From Klebsormidium nitens (lineage: Eukaryota; Plantae; Klebsormidiophyceae), in contig DF237018.1 of NCBI GenBank assembly GCA_000708835.1, positions 176,589-240,588 on the forward strand: DNA of 64,000 bases, in the 5' to 3' direction. The translations under genes were made by a program, and so were the position numbers. The notes below the pieces were generated by a model. The model made no database searches, was not told the DNA's origin, and worked only from the letters and a program-made list of their open reading frames with translations. Positions 14,747 through 34,400 of this stretch are shown here, in pieces (within the stretch, counting starts at the first letter, position 1; each line of letters opens with the position of its first letter).

Positions 14747-17700
14747 CTATCGCTGAGCTGACCCTGCCTTAAAATCTTCCCACTTCTCCTTCAAGGCCTC
14801 CCACAGCTCGTTCTTAGCCGGGGGCGTGTAACCCTTCAAATACTGCTCGAAGTAGTTTCTCTTCAACGGCATGCACTTTCCGGGGGTCGGGCCACGGCCC
14901 GCCACTGGCCCCTGTCCAATCAACCTCTCGTTATCCTCCCCCTCAGTGGGGGGCAACTCGTCGCTGTACGGCTCTATAAGGGCCGTCCCCGGGTCTGCGC
15001 GGACCACATATGGGATCAGGGTCTTGAACCACTCAGGCGGAACCCCCGCGCGCGGGTCGATGACGTCAGCGGACTTGTTGCACAGGGCGAAGTCCCGAGA
15101 GAAGGTGTCGCTCCAGTAGCCGCTGACCATGTGCAGGTTAACCTCCAGGTTATGGTAGTACCCGATCGCGTCTTTGTTGTCCAGCGGGTTCCAGCCTGCA
15201 GGGAGCGTCGGGATGACGTCAGCGATGGCCTCCGTCACCATAGAGGCTATGGATGCCGTCAGCGATGGCGTCATCACTCTACAGCTCATGAGATGACGTC
15301 AGCCATGGCGTAGTCATTATAGAATCCATGACATGACGTCAGCGACGGCGTCCGTCGCTCTGAAGTCAATGCTTGAGGTTCGGCTCTCAAGCAGAGTGTT
15401 TTAAAAAAGCAATTGCAGAGACGGTTCGGGTCTAACATTCTGTGTCCCACTTTTAGTGGATCCGGCTGCTCGATGTTTGAATATGGAAACGGGCAAGAGC
15501 GGTCAATCAAACCCCGCCGTGGGCGCTCCAAGACGAAATCGGAAGGCTCAGGAAGAATAGCTCTTTCAAAGACCCATTATCTTATAAGATCTGTCCAAAA
15601 AGCCGTCGAAAGCGAGCACCTCGTGACATCAAAGCCGTCAAAGTGAGAGTCGTCCAGTGTAGATATTGAGGCCAGATTCCTATGCTAACCGGATGGGGCC
15701 ATGTTCTTCATGCAACACCGAACCTAGTTTAATTTGTATCGGAATGACAACCAGTGGTAGGCTCTCGGACCTCGACCTACTCTGTTGGTTCTTATCTGAG
15801 TTAAGAGCCGTGTGCCTTTGAATAGGTGCCAGGAACTGGGTGGGGTTAGTATGTTGGTTAGGGTTGAAACAGGTGTGGAGCGCATTGTCACCCGATTTTG
15901 AGAATCCAGTGGGTCAAGAATACCCACTTCCCAAATGAAGTAAGTTGGCTCTACGGTGAGACACGAATTTTCAGTACTTGCAACCACACACCCCGCGTTA
16001 AGCTTCTCGCTGCCCGGTGCGTCACTCACTCGTCATCTTCTTGAGGTAGTCCACCTCGCGCGAGTCGTGCACGAGCTCCTGTTCGGGCGCCACGTGTTCA
16101 AATGCTGACGGCAGCCCCCACCCGTACCCGATTCCCTCGACCCAGTTGATGATATCGACCACGATGTCGTTGTTGGTGATCGCGGCGAGAATGTAGTAGA
16201 CATTCTGGAGGTAGAACGCCTTGGGGACCTGGGTTACGATGTCGGGTTTGTTAACCACGCGGATTGCGGCGAGCTCATTTTTCTTGTTCCTGCAGAGGGG
16301 GAGCAAAGTCACGGTAAGCGAAGCCGGAGGACAGAAAGAGTGCGTTCGAAAACCTGGGTTACCATACGTTTAGTGAAGCCCGAGAACTGGGTCGAGCCAG
16401 TTGTCAGTGTTTCTGCGGAGGGAGGCTGAGGTATCGGGCTTGAAGGAGAGGGGATCTTCTAGAATGAAACCCATTGCACGCAGGTGTCGAGTTCGTCAGT
16501 CACGCGGATGGCGAGCACATTAACGTTCTCGGCGCAACGGAAGGCGAAAGGAGCGTTGTGCGGAGGAATGTAAGAGGTTTCTCCTTGTCAAACCTGGGTA
16601 GTAATCCCTATTGTCAACGACTCACTTCGCGACGCTGTCTGAGTCATTAGTAGGGGTCAGGAATGGTCGTGAGCGGCGGATATTTTCACCTGAGCGAATC
16701 TGGAGAGCTGGGTTGCATGTCGGACTCTTTATCAATTGTGAGTCGCCTGTTGTTTACGAATCCTGCCTTTTCCGAGGAAAACAGCAGCACCCTACTGAAC
16801 AGACGCCTTGCGGGAGCTACAAAACAAGCACTCCAAAGCAAGCCGAACATTTCGTTTTATCCCTTCCGTTTGACCCGTCCCCGACTCCTGGTGCCGCTTG
16901 GAGCGAATCGAAACGCTTGGATGTGCAACGGCCGCTCTTTTTGCGAAACACAAACGCTGGTTTTCGACCAGTAAACACCGACCTGTCGCTTCCGGTTCGC
17001 TAAATTCAAGAGACGCGAGGCGCGAACTTTCCACTCACGCTGCGAACGACGCCTTGAACCTGGGATTGCCCACGCGGGGCGCCTCGAACGCGAAGCACGC
17101 GACCGGAACCCGCGTGACTCCGTCCGGCCTCAGATTATATCCGCTCTCGACTATGTCATACGCGCTCAGCACCGCGAGCGCGCCGCCCAAACTGTGCCCC
17201 GTCACGCTGATCGTCCGAGCCTCTGGATATTCGCTCAGCAGCTGGGGTATGGTCTCGTGAATCACTTTCTGCAAGCAGGACGTCGGTGTTCAGGAGCCTT
17301 CTTCCTTCGATGAGAGGGGGAGTCCCCTTGCTGGGTAGTGCACGCGGAGTCGGTCCTGTATTTACGCTTAGCGCGGATCTACAAGGTGGATCGCACAGAT
17401 CCCTGGATGCATATTCGATTAATAGATTTCTGGCAGCCCGAACCGTTCGAAGAATAATCTGCCCACAAACGGAGATGTCAGAGTCTACAAGTCGACATCT
17501 CAAAGACGCCGAGATTCACTGAAACGGTCCTGCCCGACAGGTGCATCCTGTGTCAAACGTGCACCTCACAAAGCCCTCCCTTTTGGTGACCTTGTGACAT
17601 CGGATACTTACGCCTTGCAAACGACAGAGCTTGGAAGGCTAAACCCCTTCAAAATCTCAAGACACCTGGAAAGACTTCCTCGACTGGAGCAGTGTTCGGG

Positions 17701-20700
17701 GTCTTAAGTGCGCTCATATCCCATGTCTAATCCACCCGCACATAAGAAAAGGCTCACATCATAGACCCTCAAAAGTGGCAAAACTCACCCGGGGGAACTT
17801 CCCCTGCGTCTCCTTGGCCTTGGGCAACTTGGGGGCCTTGTTCGGATCCCCGGTCGGGTCGTACAGCTCAAAGAACCCCTCGTGCACCTGCGGCACGTCC
17901 CCGGCTGACTCCCACGCCTCCGCTGCGGCCGTGGCGCCGGTCGGTAGAAGCACCGCGATGATGAAGATGAGCTTATCGACGGTCCAAAACTGGTCGCCAG
18001 GGTTCACCAGGTTGAGGAACGCCGTCAGCACGCCCACCGCGATCGCGTAGGACGTCACGAAGCCCCCCACTTTGCCCTTCTCTAGTTCGGGCCAGAACTG
18101 GAAAAGGTCCGGGAGCAATTTGGGGCCGAACTTGGAGATGGGCAGTGCGGCGACGGCGCCGAACGCGGCATTGAGAAGGGAGCCCAGGAGACTCTCCGAC
18201 TCAACCAGTTTGGCGAAGATGTAGAAGAAGCCGGCAATGATCCCCGCTGAGACCCCGCCCAAGAACGTGGCGCCCACAAACGCGAGCGCGCCGTACCCGG
18301 CTTTGGAAAGGTAGGTCAAAGCGTCTCCCAGCGGGGGGGAGTCCTTGTCTTCAGTGGAGCCCTTGTCCCCTGCAAGGTCCGTTGATCCAGCGAGATCCTT
18401 CTTCCCTACAGTAGGTGCTACGAACTTTTTGTAGGGTATGAGGCCGACCCTGCAAGAAAGAAGGAGGATGATGAAACAGGGAGCTGCCTAGTGGAGGGAC
18501 GTCTTGCTCCGCCTCTGTGCAATTTTAGGGTGGTTGCGTTATGAAAGAGGAAGCACGAGCCACCCAGTCCAGAGAACTGCGACTACATCTGCCTCAAAAC
18601 TCAGCAGGCGACTCAGCTGGCTGAGACTACGACGTTGCACAAGAAGGAGGGCACCACTGGGACTCTACGGACATATGCAAGCAGGGGACTTTCCATTCTG
18701 ACCTGAAACAGGACTGCCACATCACAGAGAAGACACGATTAGCAGAGAACTCAGGCCACGTATCTGACTTACTCTGCGTCGGCCACCCATTCCGCGGGTT
18801 GCTGCGTCCCGCGCCACCCAACAACGATGTCTCGTTTGGTCTTGCTATAAGCTATGTACCCGATCCACACGTCCTCCTGCATATCTTGGCCCTTATCGGC
18901 CTTTACGGCCCGGATCACCTTCGTTTTCTCGCTCGCATACATATAAGCGACGGCCTCGTATCCCTCCCCCGGGAGGTGTTCGAAATAGGAGGGGACCTTC
19001 AGGTTTTCCCCGAAGAGATTGCTGGGCACCAGGTCTTTGCCGACTTTCTTGGTGTATCTGCAGCGGGGAAGAGAGTGTCAAGAGAGTAGCTGAGGTCCCA
19101 GGAACTTAATAAGTCAGTTGATTAGTTAGTTAACTTCATTGACAGATAGTTAGTCAATTAGTCAGTCGGTTACTCTTCCTCAGCGCTATTTGAGCTTTCA
19201 AGGATTCAACATGTTGAAGACGCCGGTGTTATGGGCAGTTGTAGACATCTGTGAAGTAAGAAGCTGGCCCTTCGAATGCTAGAAAATCCTTTGCGATGTT
19301 TACTCACAGTCTCCTCTGCTGCGAGGGTGATCAATCATAGCACCTATGACCAACATTCCAAAGAGGAGTGGCTTTCTCACGTTGAAGAAGCAGGACAGTG
19401 TCTGACACAGTGAACGTGCTTAGACATACTTTAGATGACAAAAGCCTTTGGTCTATGTCATGCTCCAAAGACAGGGTACAAAGATGCTTCCAACACGAAC
19501 CTACTCACTGAAAAGGCAAAGTAGATGGATGGACGAAACTAAAACAAAGAACAGAAACAGAACGAGGCAGAAAACTAGGCTGAGCGCATCTCATTACCGG
19601 TTCTGGGAGCGGTAGCGGCTCCATTCGTACAGATCCACGCTGTCGTACGTCAGCTGCGCCATCTCGCCGTACTTGATGATTGTCTTCTTCAGGTCTGGGT
19701 CAAGTGTGCCCGGGTCACCGTTTTCGCCCTTAATAGGAAGAAGGCCAGCCCAGTTGCTCTTGCCATGGAGCTCCAGCCACTTCGGATCATCATCGTCTGA
19801 GTCGCCCTTTACGACGGTCTGCAAGATTCACAGGAACATTGTTTTGTGGCTTTTTGGGGTAATTTGAACTTGGGATTTTCTAGAGATGAAAATTCCAGAG
19901 ATGAAAAGCTCAGCCAGTGGGGCTCAGAAAGGTCGCCCTTGGTGCCAGTCTACACCAGTAAAATGTTGAAGGAGTCGTACGGAAAGAGCTAGAAGATTTG
20001 TCCTTTTGAGATTTGGATTTCAGATTTGATTTTCCTTTGGAGTTTATCCTTTGTGGTAGTCTAGATTGAGCAGGAACTGTTGACGGTCTGCACCCTTGCA
20101 TTCTTTCCTTCAAGTAGCAAATAGCAAGTAGAGAGATGCGTTTTGTGGAGACATGAAAGACAAGTGAAGGAATGAGATGGATGCGAGTCTTTCTACATTT
20201 GCAACTGTGCAACAGGTTTTCTTAGCTCCTTCTGCCAAGTCCCATTCATGAGAGTGGTTATTATGGGCAAGGTTGGGGGGGGGAGGCATTGTGCAAGTCT
20301 GAAATGAGGGATTAAGGTGCAGCGACGCTACAAGAAACAGACTGCAGTGGCGGCAAAGGGCATTTGATCTAAAGTTGATTCAATTGAGTAGACCCCCTAT
20401 GGTGTTTGACAGGAGGGAAGATGTTGTCAGACCAAAACCAGAGAATCATAGGGAGCCTAAGACGAATCCCCTTACAATTCCCCCTACTTTTGAGATCCCA
20501 TTTCTTAGGAAGTAAATGCAGTGTGTTTTCGTGTATGAAGAATCATATAGTCCTGCTTGAATCTTTCATGATTTTAGGGCTGCTTCAATTGTAATGAGTG
20601 CGTAGACTGGGTCCCTTAAGATGCCAGCTCCTTTAAAGAGCTGTAGAGGAAGAAAGAAGGATAAATTATGCACCTGGCCAAGTATTCTAAAAAATTCAAG

Positions 20701-21469
20701 AACCCTCCATGAAAAGAGGTAGATTGACAAGGAGAGCTACACTAGTTGACTGACCAATTGCTTTCCTTGCAGAACCAAGATTCTGAGCTCTGTCTGAGCA
20801 TCCTTTCATGGGCCTATTTGGCACATTCATGATGACAGCTACCGATCTTGAAAACAGATTGAGTTCTTTGCGCTGATATGAACTCCCCTTTACTTTGAGA
20901 TCCGCATTGTTGCTACTCAGGTTGCTTTGTCATTACAGGAATCACCAATTTCCAGTCTTGCAGCTGCCACTTCCATTGATGGACAATTGCCTCAAAGTTT
21001 GGATTCTGGACGTCTCAGCCGATACTGAATTGCCCCATATGGCAGTCCACTTCTTTGTGTCAATCATCCTGGCCCCCTCTCTGATTTAGTCAACAAATCA
21101 ATGCAATCTCAATGATTGAGGGGCGAGCAACAATCTCTAACTTAGGCAATGCAAGCCAAGTTGCTTTGAGATAACAATGTACACAAAAAGTTGCTCAGGT
21201 CTGCCACAGCCATTACGTCTATCCCTGCTGCCATCACCCACCTTGGGCGCTGATGTCGACACCGCCTGTGCTCGGGCAATCGGCGCAGGCCTCGAGCGAC
21301 GAATCTTGGAGCCCTCCGCCGATTGAGAAAGCTTCCCCCCAAAGAAGGGAGTGCCCCTCAGCAATGTGGGAGCTCGCAGATTGGCTGGGCCCGCTCTTGT
21401 TGCTAATGCAGGCCCCAGAGAAAATAGAGTGGGGGCGAGCGCACAGGGCGCAACTGACGAGCAGGCCAT
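14747..21469 (-). CDS. Plastid-targeted DAD1-like phospholipase A1 (class 3 lipase) with a large hydrophobic insertion, 7 exons
   Basis: Exons 21469-21242 (Ser/Ala/Arg-rich transit-peptide-like), 19818-19598, 19057-18773, 18449-17789, 17268-17039, 16289-16030 and 15195-14747, with phases matching. Motifs W.ELHGKSNWAGLL, IIKYGEMAQ.TYD, WIGYIA, RDIVVGWRGT..EW, VHEGF..LY, TGHSLGGALA (Ser), RVVNKPDIV (Asp), YHNLE (His) and RDFALCNK. Confidence 0.9.
15211..15365. repeat. 40-bp-period degenerate tandem array (about 4 units) with ATGACGTCAGC core, in the last PLA1 intron
   Basis: Units start at 15211, 15251, 15291 and 15331: ggatgacgtcagcgatggcc.., ggatgccgtcagcgatggcg.., agatgacgtcagccatggcg.., acatgacgtcagcgacggcg.. 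Confidence 0.85.
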
Positions 21470-22334
21470 GACTTGTGTGGAGTTCTTGGTCTGGCAAATT
21501 CTTGCTGGCTTTTTTATGCACGTCTTCGCTTTGATTTGTGAAATGAGCTCAATTGTGGGGAAAATAGCAATGTGACAAAGTAGCTGGTCAAACTCTGGGA
21601 CCGATTGCTGCACATGAGTCCCCGGACTTCAGGCAGATCGGAGAGATGCAGCAGAACGGTTGCAGGGAAGGGGAGGCAATCAGCTTAGCCTTAGGATCAA
21701 GCAGGACGAAGAGCGAAAGAGAAGCCTCGATGTGAATGATGGAACTTGGAAGTGGATAACGAAGGAGCAGTAATATAATTCGTTTTGCACAGTTGGTTCC
21801 ATTCCCCCAATGATGACATGTTAGCAAATGCTGCGTTTGAGTCTCCAGAGGTCGCCATAAGCGCCCGATTACAAGCAGTGTAACTGTATTATGTTGCATG
21901 AGAGTGATCAACCGGACCGACTCCAACAAATCCACCGGCTGTGACCGGGTATTTAGAAAAGTTAGAAACACTGGATCGCAGGTGCTGGATAGCCAAGCCG
22001 ACGAATCCGGCAAGAAGCCCGCAAGAAGTCGGCTTCGGAGGCAGGTGGTCGACATCCAGGGAAGGTAGGTAGGTAGTCGGCTTTGAGCCGACTTTTCCAC
22101 AAGTGTGTGGCGACCCCTGCGTTTGACTCTCGGAGCTCTGGCTTGGCCAATCCAAGCCGTTCATGATCCTCAGCGCATTCATCGTACGGTTCATATCAGT
22201 GACCGGGAGTCTCCCTCATCCACTGCCCTGTCGGCGAATGATTGGTAGACTCGGTTTAGAGGGGGATTCCGTGCCGAGGGAACGATGTCGCCTACGTTCG
22301 CAGTTCCGGCCGGAAAGCCGGAAACTGGCTGGGA

Positions 22335-22343
22335 AAACCCTAA
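22335..22343 (+). promoter_or_regulatory. Telo-box (AAACCCTAA) in the divergent PLA1/AFG2 promoter region
   Basis: Exact AAACCCTAA about 370 bp upstream of the candidate AFG2 ATG. Telo-boxes are known from promoters of plant ribosome-biogenesis and translation genes. Function is not demonstrated here. Confidence 0.4.
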
Positions 22344-22713
22344 CTCTGAAAATTCTGCAGAAAGAAATCGCATGCTCTGCCAAAAAAGAGAAAGCAGCGT
22401 GCAGGCTGCGAACAGGAAGAAAAGGAAGAAAGCAGCACAGCAACATTAATCTTTGGCCGATGCGGGGAAGCTGGAAGGTCTTCCTAGCTCTTTAAGCCAT
22501 TCACTGGTACACTGAGACTGTCCAGCCTTGAGATCTGCTGCAGGCAGCGGGCTTGTCTGCAAGCAATGCCGAATTTTGTAACCTGGGCTTCAAGAACCAC
22601 TGCAATCATGTTTCACTAGCACCATTCTTGTCGCACTCCATTTGGTCTGGCATTGTATACTTTTGGGGCCTGTGGCTGATATACCACCAAATCGATCTGT
22701 AAATCCCGAACGG

Positions 22714-30414
<7,701 letters not shown>

Positions 30415-31432
30415 GCGACGACGCGGGTGCATATACGAGCTGCGGGCCAGGATAAGCGATGCGATCGTTCATGCCTTTGCGAGAGAGCGCACTCTGCACA
30501 ATGCGCAGTTTCCGTTGGTGAACGAGGCTTCAGAAATCAATGCTCGCGTCGATCTCCGTCTTTTGCTCTTGAAGCGCAAGAGGAAGAGGACAAGACCGCA
30601 TTTGAGGAGTGGCTTTAACAGCAAGCACTGCCAAAGACCGCATAACTTCATTCTGAATATGCTCAGTCAAAGCGACGGTCAGATGCATAGGATTGCGGCC
30701 TGCCGGTCGAGCGGAACTCGTCGAAAGTTTGAGCTTTATATATGCATGTGAGTGTCTTTGGAGGCGGAGAAAAGTGATAAATGGCAGCTATATAATTGCG
30801 CTAAGGCCGAACTTAGGAAATATAGCTAGAACCGATCGTCCTATACAGATTTTACAAGCGCATGCACAATGATATATGACGCGTGTTTGGCTAGCTTAAG
30901 CCTAGCAGTGGCAGTCACGATGAGTACGACCGAACGGCACATGCACACGCGGAATTAAGTTCATGCTCGCAAACCCTATGAGCGTATATGTCGCATGGAC
31001 GTAAATCATTGAAGTCGATCAACTTGCACATGCACTGATCTGCATGAGATTTAGTCTCATCAATGGCATGCTTACATGAAGCACGCGCCTCCAGTACGGT
31101 ACCAACCGACAACTCATATAAAGTAGTATGGGCTTGAGCTTGTCCGGTCATTGTCCCGATGGCGACGACGTATCGGATGCACGAAGAAGACATGGATGAC
31201 AGTCACTCATGTTGGCATCACAGCTCAATTGTTCATGATCAGGGCTAAGTTGTTGAGACGGTCGACTCAAGGTGTTACTTGGCTTGTAGGCTCCCAGTGT
31301 TCAGCTCAATATGCCACGCGCCCAATGATACAACAGACTGTCAGACCGCGGTCTGCGATTGGCTTGCTGTGCTTCTGACCGCACATTTGTGCTTCACGTC
31401 GTGACAAATGGATCCATTCTCCACCCTTGCAA

Positions 31433-34400
31433 CTATGAAGAGTATTTCTTCAGCAAGATCCGCTTTCTTCCAAGCTCAGCATAGCCTTGGGCAAGTGCTT
31501 GCCGCGCGCTATCCGGGTTGGTGAACCTCACGAACCCAAACAATCTGCAAAAGTGAACACCTGAGAGCTCGTGAAAACTGAAAGACGGAATTTGGCAAAA
31601 CCCGACCCCTGTGATTATCCGCTCGAAATTCAGCGCACAAAGCTACCCCACAGACACGCCAAGATCGGTGAAATGCAAAGGCATCACGAAGAACCCGAAT
31701 GAAGCGTCGCTGCATTGCCCTTTCCTCAGCAATGAAGACAGATAGATGTTGCTTCGGCGGAAATCCGATCTGCGCATGGTTTTCAAGGAAGACGATCCTT
31801 AAATAAGAACCACGGAGAATTCGCCGGCCAAGAATGCAGATGAATTTTCTAGACGACAAGAAGATAAAAAGTGTCTCACCTCCCTCTTGGCAGGCTCAGC
31901 CCATGTACCTCCCCAAACTGCGACAGCACCACCTTCAGCTCCGCATATGGACAGTCCGGCGGCAGGTGCGTCACAAACAGGTGCCACTCCGCCTTCTTCG
32001 CCGGCCCGCCCGTTCCCGGGGGGGTGCTAGAAGCACCGGAATCGCCCCCCCTACTGTCCGCGCTTTGGCCCCAATCCGAAGCACCTCTCCCAGGGGGGTA
32101 GCTGGAAGCAGCCGAGTGTACCCCCCGGCTCTCTGTACTTTGGTCCCACCCCGAAGGACCTCTCTCCGGGGGGGCACTAAAACCGGCGGATTCGCCCCCT
32201 GGGGCCCTGTTTGCGGAACTCCTCCAGTTCCCTTCCCTATGGCTGCCCGTGCTTCCGTAAGCCGTTTGAGGAACGGGGCCTCTTCCGGATGTCGAGGCCC
32301 TGTCTGCGCTGCCGTACGACTGCCCCTCACTGCTGTGGAAGCTGCCTCCCGGATTGACAGGGCCTCCCGGCTTTGGAGACAAGATCCCCGCCCCCGGCCG
32401 GCCGTAACCCGTGCTGACGTCCTCCCCTCGTGATGCCACGTCAGCACCGTTTCGAGAGCCCCCATAGCTTTGTGACGCCCCGTAACTTCCGGCGTCCCCT
32501 GACGAAGACTGCGCGGCTCGGCTGTGCGCAGCTGCCGATGCTTCCGGGACGGGGGGTCTGCTCACAGTTCGTATCACTGCAGTCGCCGCCCCCCCGTCTG
32601 CGGCTTGCTTCGAAGCGATCCAGGTCGCTGCCTTTGCGCTGGGGGCTTTGGGCGCGGGTTTGGTGGGCGCAGGGGTTGAGCGTGCGGGGGAGTCTTGCCC
32701 CGTGAAAAGGGCCACCCCCGGATTGACGGTCTTGTCCGAGAGGTGGAAAAGCTCCGGGCGGGCCTTGAGGAAGGACGTGACGCCGCCAAAGTGGATCTGC
32801 AGCAAAATTAACGGAATGATTGGAGCGTTTTTTCCAAAGGTTTGCGAGTTCAGTGCAAGATTTGGTGCGTCTTCAGAACAAGAAGGACAAGAAGGCATCA
32901 GCGGCAGTTCTTGAGAAGACTACTCAAAAACAGCCGTCACGCCCCCACAATGAATCAATGCACGGGTGCGGATATTTGCAAACACGGTCGGGCTTGATCT
33001 GGTTTTTCTGAAGTTGACGTGGTCACAAAAGAGTAGGAAGCATCGGCCAGACACTGAAAACGAAGCCAGAGGAAAGCAGAAGCCAGAGGCGATGAAGTAA
33101 GAGCACAGCCTTAACGAACTATCTACAGAGTCTTACCTTGACTTGTTCGCTGAGACTCCGATCGTGGTCAATGAGCTTGGCCCCTAAGCCTGACGCTTTC
33201 ATGGAGGGGCTGCAGACAACAAAAGACAACTGGATCAAACTCCAACGTGATTTAAGCGGATGACAATGATTGGCAGCTAAGTACGCAAGGCCCAGTCCAC
33301 CAGCAACTTTGTCGGAGAACTGGATAGGCCAGCTAGTCAAATTATACGACGACGAAGACCTTTCTTACTTCTCGCAGAGAATCAGCATGATGGCCCCCAA
33401 GGCCTCAGCTTCGACGTCCGCTTTCCGCCGCACGTCCCGTTTAGCCTGCAGAGTAGGACTATGGGAATTGATACACACTCAAGTTGCCAAGTGTGCTAAA
33501 TATTCCGAATGCTGACGCGAAAGAACGTGCTTCCTGTTCCAATCCATGATCGCCCCTGTTCAAGCGGCCGCTTCTTGCGCGGATGGCGGTTGATCGAACA
33601 GAAACTATTCAATATCCAAGTTTAGCTTAAAGCACGTCAGCGTTTGTCACGATTGAGTACCCGGTCTTGGGAACGGGTTATACTACTTGAAACCGAGCCA
33701 ATCCTGCTGGCGCTATTTGTGCGCAATATTTGACATAACTCTCTTCATTCGCGCACCTCAACGAAAGACAGGCACAACATACTGCGAGTGACCGGCCAAC
33801 TGCGGTGCTACCCAAAAGAAAACCAAACGTGAGCCGTTGCAACTTGCAGAACCATTTAAACAGCGGGTATGAAAGCGAGGTTGCGCCATCCATGCAAACC
33901 CGCTTACTGACAACCCAAAAAATAGCTCACGCAATTTGACACGACTTCTTGCCGCTCACCTTTGTTGCTGCCGCTGCAGCAGGCTTCGTAGCAGTCGGGC
34001 CCTGTGCCCCTGTCTGCATGCTCGTCGACCTAGGCAGCGCAGCCTGCTCTGAGCGCACCCCGCTCGCAACAGGGCCCGGCGAACTCGCCCTCCTTGTGTG
34101 ACTTGCTGACGTCGGCTCCTTTTCCACCTTCTGATAAGCCGGGTTAGCGCTCTTGACGGGAGCCAAACCCTCCGGTTTCTTAAAGGTGCTCGCGCTTGTG
34201 GCGCGAGTGGGCGCCGCTTTGGGGGGCTCCGAATGGCCCGCAAGTTTGCCCCCTGCTGAGTGAAAAGTTTGGAGGTTCTGGGAAGGGGGTTTGGACGTCC
34301 GCTCCGTTTTCGGGCGGTCAGTACCGAGGGGAAGTTGGTACAGACCGTTAGGACCCCAGCCGTACTGAGCGGGGTCGTCGGGGAGAGCGGCGAACGTCAT

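Noticed and set aside
15196-15289. N-terminal part of the 180-aa ORF 14747-15289 (MSCRVMTPSLT...)
   Set aside because: It is the translated repeat array. The phase-compatible acceptor is at 15198-15196, so this part is intronic.
15211-15365. Regularly spaced repeat resembling a CRISPR array
   Set aside because: The whole 40-bp unit is degenerate-repetitive with no unique spacers, there are no cas genes, and it lies in a eukaryotic intron.
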